Below are positions 23,231 to 36,049 of a DNA stretch of 64,000 bases, piece by piece. A program made the position numbers and the translations under genes. Below the pieces are notes generated by a model, which saw only the letters and a list, made by a program, of their open reading frames with translations, had not been told where the DNA came from and did not search any database. Every line of letters starts with the position of its first letter. Position 1 is the first letter of the stretch. The stretch is taken from assembly GCA_030141605.1 (NCBI GenBank), contig JAQGDQ010001020.1:5880-69879 (forward strand), written 5' to 3'. The stretch comes from Tubiluchus corallicola. Taxonomy: Eukaryota > Animalia > Priapulida.

Positions 23231-25195
23231 TTTTCGTGTAAAAAGCAATACATCTGATTATGCAGCATTGTAAGTTTGCAGTAACAGAAAAGAACTCAGT
23301 TCAAGTTACCTAGTCATGGTGATTGTGTGAAATTATTACAACGTAAGTTGATGTACGATTACATGACAGCACTTAGATGGTTTCGTTTTCATTACAAATA
23401 AAAATTTACCGTAACATCAAGAAAAAAATGACCACATTTTTTCTCTATGCATTCTTACCGTTAGTTCCTTTGTTTACATTGAACAGAAAACCATTAATCT
23501 GAAGCGATGTCTGGCTTTCGGAAACGCTTCCAGTAGGTTTTGCATAGAACGTCAAAGCAAATGGCAGTGCGGCGTCGGTACCTCTCCTCTTCACCGACTA
23601 AGAATAGAATGAAACCATTATTAATAAGGTGCTTCAGAGAAAACAAGTTTACACAACGTATTAATACGAGATGATACATTTACAAAACACGTAGACATAC
23701 ATATGTTATTGGTTAGGAGCCGATGTAAGAGCTCTGTAAGAAACATTTTGCTGAAACTGCGTGCGCATTTATTGCGCAACAAAGTCGTGAAATAATGATG
23801 GAGGATCACTGCATCAGAAAGAAAGACCACACAGAACTTCCTACGTAGTCCTGATAAAACATCTATCTATTTTAGAACATCTAGATGATACAAAACATTT
23901 TTAATAATATATTACGGCAGCAAGCAGAACAAAACCCTCCGCATACATAAAGCTTAAAAAGTTGGTCTCGAAATTTTATACGACTTATGCGTACTACTTT
24001 TTCGTAAGCATGGCTTGCGTCGGTCGTAACGCTGTATAAAACGTGTAAATCTAAACTCCTGCGATGACCGTCAGGCACAGCCATTTTAATGGTAGGTCGT
24101 TTGAAACAAGTTTTGATCACATTGAGTAAAGTTTGAAAAAATAATCAGAGCATTAGTTTTGAAAACATTGAGTAAAGTTTGAAAGTTTAATCACAGCATT
24201 CGCAGCATACATGTTGCTAATTAAGTAAAATTTTAAATTACTGTATCTTATCTTATCTTATCTTACTGTAAGAATAAAAATACGTTTTCAGCTAGTGAGT
24301 GGTACACCCCGGAGGGTGAGTCAGTGACATTTTACCAACTCACATAAACATTTTAAATTATTAGTCTAGTCACATAACTCTTTCCAGCAGGTAAGCGAAA
24401 TACTAAGTAATATAGATTTGCACGAAAAGTTTTTTGGGTCATAATTTAACATTGCCTTTTCTTCCCCTGAGTTACGTGTTTTAGTGACGTCATGTAATGG
24501 CGCCGTCGGAACAGTATTGCGAGACATTTAAAATGAAAACAAATGAAAATTCCTTTCAACGCGAATACGATATGTGCATAAAAGTGCTGCAAAGTAGTAT
24601 AAATTATAAAGGCGATTTTTCTGAAACTTACTTCAAGTACCCCTTTTTTTGTCCTTTAAGTCTCACTAAGCTCCTACATTTACCAACAATACCAGCTAAG
24701 ACACTGATGAAGTATGGCAAACGTGCATCTTAAGCTCAGTGAGTTTATCCTGGCTAAAGTATCAGAAATAAGAATGAGACGAGCAGATTTTGGACCGCCA
24801 GAAATGGGATACCACTACCAATCGAGTTATTTTAAGTAGCTAGGAGAACAAAAGATTTAGGAAAGGTCCTAACTGCAACGGCCCCGTGGCAATGGCAGTC
24901 ACGGCAGTAGCCAGTAACAGTTGCAGCCAAACGCTATTTAAGATTGAACGAAAATGCTGTATATGTTCACCTACCATGCAAGCTGTTAGGGCAGTCATGG
25001 GAGTCCTGACAACGTTGTTTAACTTGACACATCTGCTGGCATCAGCGGTTTGAAAATTCATCATTGTTCCTGATGCCACTTCAACATCATAACAAATCGC
25101 AGCCGAACCTGAAATTACAGTAACTGTTAAGTTATGCATCTTGCATCAACAGAAAGAACAATGCCTTTTCTAGTTATGAATTAGTGGCTGTATAT

Positions 25196-25579
25196 TGTGG
25201 CGGGTCGCAGGATTAAACCGTCACAGGCTTCGTGAATATGTAGTGTATTGAATGTAAAATTGCGTGGGCCAATCAGAGCTCAGTTTTTTCTAGGCCAATT
25301 TTCTCGAGCGTGTAAACTGTTCTTGTAGATTCGAGGGCAGTGCGTTCTCGGCCATGTTCGGCTTCGGTTTCATTTTGTTTTTCTCTTCTTGGTTGCTGTT
25401 ATTAAGTCAGTCGTGATTCAGTAATTTTTGGTTTAACACCTTGGTTTGCATTTCGACTCAACGCGTGTTAGCTATAAGCTGTTGTTAAGTGTTTCATTTT
25501 ACTGTTTTTCTTTCTTTTCTTTTTTTTAATAATTTTCTTTAGTTTATTATGAATCCTCGCTATCACAGACGGCATCACA
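25196..25579. mobile_element. Solo LTR-like element (TG...CA, ATAT target-site duplication), copy 1
   Basis: gctgtATAT|TGTGGCGG...GGCATCACA|ATATgttcacc; the empty site gctgtatatgttcacc is seen at about 24956. Confidence 0.7.
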
Positions 25580-25814
25580 ATATGTTCACCTACCATGCAA
25601 GCTGTTAGGGCAGTCATGGGAGTCCTGACAACGTTGTTTAACTTGACACATCTGCTGGCATCAGCGGTTTGAAAATTCATCATTGTTCCTGATGCCACTT
25701 CAACATCATAACAAATCGCAGCCGAACCTGAAATTACAGTAACTGTTAAGTTATGCATCTTGCATCAACAGAAAGAACAATGCCTTTTCTAGTTATGAAT
25801 TAGTGGCTGTATAT

Positions 25815-26203
25815 TGTGGCGGGTCGCAGGATTAAACCGTCACAGGCTTCGTGAATATGTAGTGCATTGAATGTAAAATTGCGTGGGCCAATCAGAGCTC
25901 AGTTTTTTCTAGGCCAATTTTCTCGAGCGTGTAAACTGTTCTCGTAGATTCGAGGGCAGTGCGTTCTCGGCCATGTTCGGCTTCAGGTTTCATTTTGTTT
26001 TTCTCTTCTTGGTTGCTGTTATTAAGTCAGTCGTGATTCAGTAATTTTTGGTTTAACACCTTGGTTTGCATTTCGACTCAACACGTAAGTGTCAGCTATA
26101 AACTGTTGTTAAGTGTTTCATTTTACTGTTTTTCTTTCTTTTCTTTTTTTTAATAATTTTCTTTAGTTTATTACGAATCCTCGCTATCACTGACGGCATC
26201 ACA
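25815..26203. mobile_element. Solo LTR-like element, copy 2
   Basis: Same termini and ATAT flanks as copy 1, with a few substitutions and indels. Confidence 0.7.
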
Positions 26204-29200
26204 ATATGTTCACCTACCATGCAACCTGTTAGGGCAGTCATGGGAGTCCTGACAACGTTGTTTAACTTGACACATCTGCTGGTATCAGTGGTTTGAAAAC
26301 TCATCATTGTTCCTGATGCCACTTTCAACATCATAACAAATCGCAGCCGAACCTGAAATTACAGTAACTGTTAAGTTATGCATCTTGTATCAACAGAAAG
26401 AACAATACCTTTTCTAGTTATGAATTAGTGGTAACATTACGACTTCATGTTACCAGCTAGTGAGGCCCGCTAGCCCGAAAGTTCCCGAAAAAATACTGTG
26501 CCTGCAAACCAAATACATCCATAAGTTGGCATAGTTAAAACTAAGTTGCTTCAAAGAAGAATGCACCAAAAATTTGGTGAAATGTGAATCCGAGGTTCTT
26601 AAATAACCATTTCTTTAATAACCAAAGCCGAAAGCGTGAGTAAAAAGATAAACATCTCTGTGCAGAATACCGTACTTACTTGTGTTTTAAATTACTAAAA
26701 AAAGAAGAAACAGTTAATTGAAAGGCTAACATATATATTTTACGATATTTATAAACACAAACAACATTAATAACACTGCAACAAACAAACAATACTAATT
26801 AAAATGAGCATAAACATTGATCAAAACTATTCTATTAGTAAACCGTCTAACGTGTGTGTGTGCTCTAAGACCCAGTATCTAGACATTGCCAACGATTTAG
26901 TTTGGCAGAAGGCTTTTATAATGTACGATATTCATAATATCTAAAAATAGCCTGAGGTACAAGTTTAAGATCACGTATGCCATGCAAGGTCAAAACTACC
27001 CGTGGATGCGGCTTCCAACGTGTTTAAAATAGAGAGACTATTTTACACTTGCAACATTCCGCGACATACATCTCACATTCTCAGAGGTGGTTTAGTACAG
27101 CTATACCATATGAACTTGGTACAGCTTTTAACAAACCTTCATGATTCATCTAAGTTCTGCTGTTTGGGCAGTGAAACATTAGGTGCACTAGTGTGCAGAT
27201 TTCAATTATTTCACTGAGAGGTTGAAAAGTCAATGGTACAGTTTTTTATTAGTTTCCCCGAGTTCAGCTGCCCAGTATAACGAAGCAGAATAATCAAATC
27301 GTCCTTTATTTCCAGCAAAGTGCATTTTAAGCTAAAGCATAGAACTACTGCAACAATAATCAAGCCAGCCTTCATTTCCAGCAAAGTCCATTGAAGCTAA
27401 AGAAAAGCGTTACTACGACAATAATCAAGCCCGCCTTCATTTCCAGCAAAGTCCATTTGAAGCTAAGCAAAGCACTGCTGCGACAACGCCAAGCTAAAAC
27501 AATCCCTTGCAAATTCCAAGTGCAACTGCAATTTTTATCATCTCAACTTAGACAAAAATCATTACTGTCTAATTGTTTACTTTAATTTAGTGTAACTTTA
27601 AAATATTCAAGTAACTAATTCTCCTATCTGCAATAGAGAGACTTACCCGTTTGTTACTAAATCATTGCTGATGCCATGATTTGTTTAGAGAAAGAGCTAT
27701 AATGTGTTAATGACGATCACGAAAATAACCCAACCGGTAAACAATTACAGCCAAGAAAAAGTTTCTACAATAAGCTACACAGATTGCAAATCATGGTTAT
27801 CTCGTTCACTTTATTTTATCAATAACAAGTTACAGCAGGCACATGTCAACAACCATCGGAGTTCCACGTGGTAATAATGGCCAATCAGCTTTCCTTTGTG
27901 AGACTGGGCTACGTAGGCGGGTCAGTAGATATACTGTCGCTTTTGATTGGTTACGAATAGAATGGTCGCAGCGCACACTATCTACGACCACGTATTATAT
28001 CACTATGTTCATAACGTTATAATTGACGTCTAACATAATGTAAATCATTTTCGTTGACCGCCCAATTAGCGTGCAAACTATTTCACATACCCCAGCAGCA
28101 GGAACGTTCGGTTCATTTGGCTACAGCTCCGTCTAACTCTGTTATGAAAAATGCTCAACTTTTCATTAGTTAGAGAGACAAATATTAGGCAGGTTGTAGA
28201 TTTTATTATTGTCAATTGTAATTGCAACAGAATTGGAGGAAATATATAGTCTAGTTTCGTTTATAGGAAGAAATGCATAACGCTTATGTCTATGAGTTGC
28301 TGATTAAACCATTTTGCAAACAAGAAAAGGTGCAGTTTATGGCTTTGCAAGTTAAATAATCAAACAACTATTTGATTAACTTTAAATAAGGACAAAACAA
28401 AATGTTTTCTTTCCTGGCCAGTTTTTATAAACCTCAATGAGACTTTCACAGCCAAAATTAATTCAGATGTGGTCAAAACTTACATTATACATCAATTAGC
28501 TAATTTTCGCTAAGATGCCATTGGGACTCATGTGACTCGGGAATTCAATATATGGCTCGTCCGTGGAATGGAACAGTCAAATCTGTTCCATTTCCGTAGC
28601 TTGACAAACGGAAAAATACAAAAATTTAATAAACCTTGATTATTACTTATTCATGATTAATTAATATAGAAAAATACATAGCAGGCTTGATGTTCGTATG
28701 CTTAAAGGCAAGAAAGACTTAATATTTTTGTTGCTCATTTATTGTAAAGCGAGGCTAACTGGCTTAGTTTCTTTAATACGTTTGTGTCTCTGTATGTTCT
28801 AGTGCTATGAACCTTCGTCTATACATTCTGTTTAAATCGAAAAGTCATTTTTTGGCTACTTGAAGTGTTAATTTCGTGTTAAAATAGCTGCTGCTCTGCA
28901 CATTTGTGTTTATGAAAAAGAGCAATCAGTTTATCTGCTGATGAGACATTAATTGTTGTTTAGTTTAGTTTAGTTTAGTTTAGACAGTTGTTGCCCTGCG
29001 AGAGCTGTTGTCCCGAATGCTACTGAGTGTGCTTACGTTGCAGCGGAGAGGAGCGATCGACCAATATGTTTGACGTCAATTGTTTATACAGTGTGCAAGT
29101 ACTATCAAGCAAGAAAATTCCTAGATTCATTAACGCATCATTAATAAATGCACCAGACCGATTTATGACAAAAAAGTTAAGGCAGTACAGGTTATCATAA

Positions 29201-31084
29201 ACCTTCAAAACATTCGATACAATTTGACAAAATGTTTTTGGCTGCTCACTAATAAAAAAGAGTGTAAACTGGAAAAATCGGTACCCATAAATACCAATCC
29301 CTAATAAATCTCGTACTGAGGCATTCAAGATAACCTGTTGTGAACTTACGTTAGCACCTGATCACACGCTGTTCAACGCACAAAGGCGTTGGTCAGGTGG
29401 TATACACACCCGTGCAGCGACTCGAAAGACCAATGACCGTTAAACGAAACGTAGGGAACTAAATTCCATGAGATCCGTTCACAGTAATGTCACTATATAC
29501 ATTAGATTGGAAACATGCAAATCGGTATTTCAGTCATTAATACGCAACAAATTTTGACCTATCAAACAGCTGTACCCGACAACAATGCAAGGTAAATCAT
29601 TTTCTAACATATCACTCTCTGCACTGAGTAATACATTTATATACCTACTTCAAATGACCGTTTGCTCACCAGCTATTATTCAGCAACAACTCAAAAAGTG
29701 TTGGTACTGACCATTTCAAAGAAGGAACCTTTTACAGAAGGAACACTCAATTTAACAAGACATAAATCTTTAGCTGCTGTGAATTCTTGCCCCCCAACGA
29801 TCCTTTAATTACTGTCATATGGGCAGTGTTGACCGACTTTACGTTGTTAGCAAACCAACCCCCACAACTATACAGGACTGCAGACAACACAGCAACACTT
29901 CTTTCCTTACAATATACAAAAGAATGTGCTTTTCAAAACTTCAGAAAGTTTCTCTTCGCAATGTTTTACAATTGAAGGCACACCACAATTAGTTTGGAAA
30001 TTGAATTTTACTACAGTTAGTAAACCAAGCACAGAAATACAGTACTGTGTATTACAGTACTACAGCAATAATTGCAGTAATACAAACACTGTTTAGCTAG
30101 CAATATGGATTTTATGTTCTTCCGTGAAAACTTACACTATTTTTCCATACAGATTATGTATTTTGTTGTGTAATGAAGTTCAGTGGGAAACTGATATTGT
30201 CAGTGACTGTAACTTACTGTCCCTTTGCCCGATTAAAATGTAGCAACATGTTTTTACATCGTACAATGGACAAATCAGACACAAAACTAATTTAAAAAAC
30301 TCTAATTACATTTCGATGTTCTACAGCAGAAATCAATCATTATACAAGCATTATAAGAATGTTACATTGTTGATACCTGGGCCGGACCATGACCATTTTG
30401 GGCTCGTAGGCTAATGAAATTATGGGGTCCCCATTAGACCGAGCCACCCTCTAAATCGCTCGCCCCCGTCTTGAATATTTTTTACTCGTGATATATTTTA
30501 GCGACATAAACTTAGTGCAAATTATTTAAATAAACTAGAATAGCCATATTTTGTTTCCCAGTAAGATATTCCTTCAGCCTAAAATAAAATACCACTATTT
30601 TAATATACTGCTGAATCTAAGCCAAGTAAGTACGTATTTCTGCTCAATCGTAGTGAAAAAAACAGATTTTTTTACCAAATGTTACCAAAACTTGAGTCTC
30701 CGGATAATCAAACCCTGGTTGGTACTGAAATTTTGTACATATTTGTAACATACATGACAATACAATGATACTTACTTTTATACATAATCTTCTTGAAATC
30801 ACATATGGACACGAAGCACGGCAGGCAAAGCAAATCATATAACTAAACACACGTTACGTTGACCTCAATGCATCTACTAAGAAAATGGAAACTTAACTTT
30901 CTACCACGTCTATGTACAGAACCGTCGTGTATGGAATAAGGCGTAGATGCGTGAAAAAATACGAACTTTCTCAGTGACCCGTTACATGTCTGAAACAGTG
31001 TTCAACGTAGCAGAGGCAGGGCCGGTTCTAGGTAGTTTGGCGATCTAGGAAAAAGTATTTTAACGCCCGTCCTTTATTTTTTTT

Positions 31085-31680
31085 ATTTATTAATTATCAC
31101 ATTCAGTACAATATAATGACATTAAGCCACACAGTGACATCAAACTTATTACCTCTACTGTATTAAATTGTTATGTTTCATACACTATCGTTATCATAAA
31201 ATAATAATTGTACTGCAGTGAGCTAGAGAAGCAAAGGTTTGTATAAGCCCATTGTGATGTGAACCCGATGAAAAAAGAATGGATGAGTGAACAAAAAAAG
31301 AACTGGGAGAAAAGTTAGATCACACAGGAAGGGTAGAAGGATGTGTTAGTGGAAATGGTAGGAAGAAAGATAATAGATTGTGCTATGTTGACCTAAAGAT
31401 TTATCAATGATGCCTTGTTTTGCATAATCTGTACCAGGATTGTGGTATGACTGCTGCAGTAGGTGTGGGAAATTAGGACGGGTTGTACTTGTTGAGAATC
31501 ATTGCTCCGTATTTCTTTTTAAATTTTTGAATTGGCTGAACAGTTTTTAATTCATCATTTATGTCATTCCAAAGCCTTGGACCAACATTTGCAATGAATT
31601 GCCGTGCCACGTCTGTTCTACAGAAATTTACGACAAACTCATTCATTCTGGTTGCGTAACTCCGATTATTTGTTCCTCAA
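31085..31680 (-). mobile_element. CR1/L2-group LINE 3' end
   Basis: Minus strand YATR...FCRTDVARQFIANVGPRLWNDINDELK....KFKKKY (ORF2 C-terminus) plus a 3'UTR shared with 22860-23230. Confidence 0.75.
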
Positions 31681-31899
31681 CTACCATTCCCCACGGCTCC
31701 CACGAACCCCACCCACAAAACTGAACTTTTATTGTATGTAACAAAGTATAGTGGTGCCTGTGTATTAAACTTACAGATTATTATATGTATTATAGTGTAC
31801 TAATTAAATGTAGTTAATTACATATCTACTTTTTTCTAACCCAAAACCAACAAAAAAAACAAAAACAAACACACCCACACCACAAACCACAAACAGTGT

Positions 31900-32275
31900 T
31901 ACATAATCAAGTTATCTTAATTTTACAAACTATTAACAAATAATAGTCTTTCTATCTTTTATATCATCTCATATATGAGCTTCATTCATTACATCATTCC
32001 ATTTTAAGCACTAATGTTTTTTTTATCATACGATTCACTTTAAATTTTCAGATTATTTACATTACTTTTTTTCTTTCACTGTGTGGGACAATCTAACAAG
32101 CCCTGCTTTTTGACTGCCCGCAACACATTTAACTTCGTATGTAAGTGAACAGTGTTTGAGGCTTTTCCTGTGCAGTATTTCTGATTTGTATTACGTTCAT
32201 TGTAGGCTCTTTCACTAGATATTGTACATGAAACTATTGTAAATGTGAAAGGTGAAATAAATGGCTTATGACAAC
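31900..32275 (+). mobile_element. LINE-type 3' tail, second copy at 47133-47500
   Basis: cataatcaagttatcttaattttac...gtgaaataaatg(a/g)cttatgac nearly identical at both loci. Confidence 0.6.
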
Positions 32276-33003
32276 TTGTGTTAATTTCATTTGAAGTTAA
32301 ATTTATGACCCCATTGTATGTCCCGCGTCCTCAGAACAATCAAAATTTCCACCATTTCTGCTGCTGCACTTCATCTGCATCTAAAAATTCACGAAACGCT
32401 AACTCCTCTTTTTCTTATACACCAAATTTTCACTTGTTTCATCATCTTCATAGCCATGACTCTGGTCTGGTTGCAAATAGTTCATTAGCTCCCCCTTGAC
32501 AACGGACTATGCCATTTTTGTAATGAATTAAGAAAATTGATGACGAAAAGCATTTAATTCTTGAACGTAACTAACGTAATGATTATCATGATATAATGAT
32601 AATAAAATTTAAGACAAAGACTGTTCTCTCATGTCAAGGATATGATGGTGATTGTAGTGATGACGTAATGATGGTGGTAGTGCTGGTACAACAACAACAG
32701 CAACGACAAAAGCAAAAAGGAAATTTTAGAAACAAAAATCAATCTCTGACAAACTTTGTACAATTAGAGTAAAACAACGACTGTAGATGGCAGCATAGAC
32801 TAATTCAGTACTTTAGTGTAGTAGACTGTCAATTAGATGGATCACATAATACTACAATCGCGTACTCGGTACAATAAGCGACACATGCAGACTACGTACA
32901 CTATCCTATTCATCTTCAAAGGTGGAGGCTCAATTTCTAGATTGCATTTGGCTGCTTGTACAGCTCCTCCGCCTAGTGTCGAGATACAGTGTGGGCATCC
33001 CGC

Positions 33004-33123
33004 AAGCCTATAGCATCTGGTATCCTTAGGTGGTCACCCATCCAAGTACTAACCAGGCTCTACGTTGCTTAACTTCGGTGACCAGACGAGAACCGGATGT
33101 TTTCAACGTGATATGTCCGTAGT
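33004..33123 (-). rRNA. 5S rRNA-like copy, diverged (pseudogene or head of a 5S-derived SINE)
   Basis: Reverse complement ACTACGGACATATCACGTTGAAAACATCCGGTTCTCGTCTGGTCACCGAAGTTAAGCAACGT...GTTAGTACTTGGATGGGTGACC...ATACCAGATGCTATAGGCTT; box A and box C recognisable, several helix-breaking changes, no T4 terminator. Confidence 0.85.
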
Positions 33124-33303
33124 ATATGTATATATAAAGAATAGATATTTATTATTCATATTGATTTCCATAATTCCAAAATCTTTCCTGTAGATATCAT
33201 TCTGATTAGTACCTGGCCAGGTGACACTTTATCAACCACAAGACACAGAAACACTTTGATCATTCAAGCAGAACTGAGACAACAACGTACTTTGTAATTA
33301 TTT

Positions 33304-34194
33304 TCACGGGCTTCTAAGAATCTTCTTAAATGCTGTTCTAAATTTGCTGTTTGTTGCTGCGTATATGAAAGGGTTGACTGCACTGTTTGAAAAACTCATC
33401 CAACTTGCTACTTGCAGAGCAAAGTCTGGTATGCACAATGGACATGTTGCATAGATCATTGCCGAGACCGTGTACGGAAACCAACAAATGAAAAATGCAA
33501 CAGTGACTATTGTTAAAGTTTTTGTTGCTTTCATGTCCATCACTCTTGTTCCAGTTTGTTGGTTTTGATCACGAATTTGCAAAATTTGCTTTCTTGCTGC
33601 TCGCCATATTAACGCATACAAAGAAAGTATAACTGTCATCGCTAGAAAACTCGTTGTGATGATTGCAATTAAACTTAAAGTAATGTTAATCGTTTCCATG
33701 TATGCTAAAACAAGAGCAGAAAGCCACGTAATAGATAATGTGATACCTAATGTTCTCTTTGTAAGGTATATATTGTATTTGTAAGGGTGCAAAATGGCTA
33801 CGTATCTCTCACTTGCAATTAAACACAAGTGTAATATGCTACTGTTCAGGGCAGCCAATATAAGAAAAATTTCAGCAGAATGATATAAATGGCTAAAGTT
33901 CTCTGCGTACACTATGCCAACGATTTCAACTGGTAGTGACACGAGTCCAAATAGCAGATCTGTTACAGCGAGTGATACGATCAGTGCATTCGTTCTTGTT
34001 TGCAACTGCTCATACTTGTAAACTGCAACTAAGACAAGCAAGTTTCCAACAATTACAATGATAGCCAGGCACACAAGAAATCCTGTTATAGTCAAAGTAA
34101 AGTCATATTCATTGTGTTGCACTTCGTCAGTTGCATTTCTAGTGAAATTCTTGAGTATCATTGCCGAGTGCGATAAATTTTCACCATTGCTCAT
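33304..34194 (-). CDS. Single-exon class A (rhodopsin-family) GPCR, 296 aa
   Basis: 7 hydrophobic segments; GN, LAVTD, ERY, FFICWFP, NSAVNPFIY, helix 8 KFRTAFKKIL. Confidence 0.93.
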   Translation of the reverse strand: MSNGENLSHSAMILKNFTRNATDEVQHNEYDFTLTITGFLVCLAIIVIVGNLLVLVAVYKYEQLQTRTNALIVSLAVTDLLFGLVSLPVEIVGIVYAENFSHLYHSAEIFLILAALNSSILHLCLIASERYVAILHPYKYNIYLTKRTLGITLSITWLSALVLAYMETINITLSLIAIITTSFLAMTVILSLYALIWRAARKQILQIRDQNQQTGTRVMDMKATKTLTIVTVAFFICWFPYTVSAMIYATCPLCIPDFALQVASWMSFSNSAVNPFIYAATNSKFRTAFKKILRSP

Positions 34195-34788
34195 TCAAGT
34201 TAACATTTGAAACATACGAACTTTATGTTGCAAAACGGACGTCTTTACACCTGATAGTATTGTCGAGCATTAGTTTGTTGTTAAATATGTAATGTAACAC
34301 ATTGTAAGATAGTCATTGTATTGTTCACACTCCTAGCAGCTGTGTACACCTGTATGTAGATACTATATGCATGCATTTATTTGTATCAGGAAGCTACTAT
34401 TTGTCAACTGTTATCAAATGGACACAAATGTTGATCTAAGCAAGAAACTATGCCTGCCAGTAAGCTAATTATTTAAATTTACATAGCACTTTGCAACAAT
34501 AGTTGTATCAGATAGCGTGCATATGTATAATGTATAACATAACTTGAATAATGAAATTAAACCTTACGTAAAAGTATTAGCTAGACAAATTATTTTTTGT
34601 CACTTTAATGATATCAATGGTAACAATGTTGTATTGACAAATATATCACTATTGCTACCCATACACATAATAAAACCCATTCAACAAATAGCACATAATA
34701 AAGGGCAATTTGTTTCTGTACTTTACCTAGTGCATTTACAATGAATGCTCAAGGAATTTGTCCTGATTTTACACACTATTACATAATT

Positions 34789-34842
34789 CTTCTTCTTCCC
34801 AGCTTTTCCCTACGCGGGGTCGCCGTTGTGAATGAGTCTTCT
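34789..34842 (-). mobile_element. 54-bp 5'-truncated retroposon tail with 16-bp TSD
   Basis: acactattacataatt at 34773-34788 and 34843-34858 flanks a (GAA)n-tailed insert; paralogous GPCR flanks (about 43900 and 56405) have a single copy and no insert. Confidence 0.8.
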
Positions 34843-35119
34843 ACACTATTACATAATTACAGTTTCGAATTTGTTTAGGAATTCTGGTTCCTTGTCTTTT
34901 GAGTTTTTGTTGCACAGTTTGGTTTTCGTAATTCCAAACTGTGTAACCCTGTGTAAGCAAAATGAGCCTAATGCAGAACATTATGATTATGATTACAACT
35001 GCATTCTTTTTCCACAGTAATCTTAATGAAACGTGACTATGCTCAACGGGTTACTGAACACTTTATAATCATGATCACAGTTTTTCTTAGTTCTCGCTCC
35101 ATTTCATCTTTCATTCACT

Positions 35120-35402
35120 ACTCCCCCACACTTTTATGTATATATTATTATTATTTCAATTATTAATCACTTCTTTAAGATTTCCACGTACAGTTTGGCC
35201 TGTCAAGCTATGCTTTTAGGCTCAAACTGTATGCATCAAAATTACTCTGTAATGTAATTTGCACATGTGTATGCTGCATAAGAATCTCTTTTGTAATTTC
35301 TGGATAATATTGCATTTATATTATATTTACTTCAGTGAAATTATCTGCATTTTTATTATAACTGTTGGATGCAGAGTGGAAATAAATAAACTTATAACTT
35401 AT
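35120..35402 (+). mobile_element. LINE-type 3' tail, second copy at 47855-48136
   Basis: cacttttatgtatatattattatt...gagtggaaataaataaacttataacttataa at both loci. Confidence 0.6.
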
Positions 35403-36049
35403 AAACTCATACTTATAAACATTCAAATGATGAGCTGGAAATACATGCGACTGCAAATACTGCAATTACAAGTTTCACTGCTGTGGCTGATTAACTTGCT
35501 GATCATTGAGACATTTTACTAATTACACAATACTCGTTAATTTTGTTGTAATGAGTATTTGCAGGTAAAGACAGCCTACGGATCTATTAAGACGGGTTCT
35601 TAAGCTTTAAAATGATCAATTTTTATGTCAAGATCATTTTTGGGTTTTGTGCGTTTTCAATAAATTTATTAAGTGTTTTATGCTGTTTTGTCCAGTAAAA
35701 GAAGCATTTTTCAATGGGTACTGGGGAATCTTTCTCAAATAGTTAAAGTACTTGCCTACTTAAACAAAAACAGCCAGCATCTTGAAATAGCTAATGAAAT
35801 ATCCAATCGAAATAATTTATTTATTCAAACGCAGAGCATAAACGTTTTGAGCGCTAATGACATTAAAAAGATGTGTAATATTTCACACAGCAGCAAGCCA
35901 CAGCTTAGCTGGAACAATAGGCTGCTACGTCCATTGTCCTGCTGCAGCTTCTAACATGAGGCTACCGGAATTGGCGTTGCTATGGTGACCGAACAACGTT
36001 TGACTGCCATCTAGGGTCGAGTTAAAAAAACAACGCAAGTGTGTAATTG

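Larger units (their letters stand above)
24900..26430 (-). pseudogene. Pentraxin/LamG-like N-terminal exon (copy B), three tandem copies separated by solo LTRs
   Basis: tttcag|GSAAICYDVEVASGTMMNFQTADASRCVKLNNVVRTPMTALTACM occurs three times; homologous to 9980-10530. Confidence 0.55.

Noticed and set aside
27860-28140. CCAAT-rich promoter-like stretch
   Set aside because: Several CCAAT/ATTGG motifs but no linked gene or clear termini; cannot distinguish a promoter from a TE interior.
30378-31075. hAT-like CAGGGCCGG / GGGCCGG ends (similar isolated TIR-like bits at about 6048, 11765 and 61131)
   Set aside because: No matching partner TIR or TSD could be established by eye.
33004-33123. Functional 5S rRNA gene
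   Set aside because: Solitary, helix-disrupting substitutions, altered 5' end and no oligo-T terminator.
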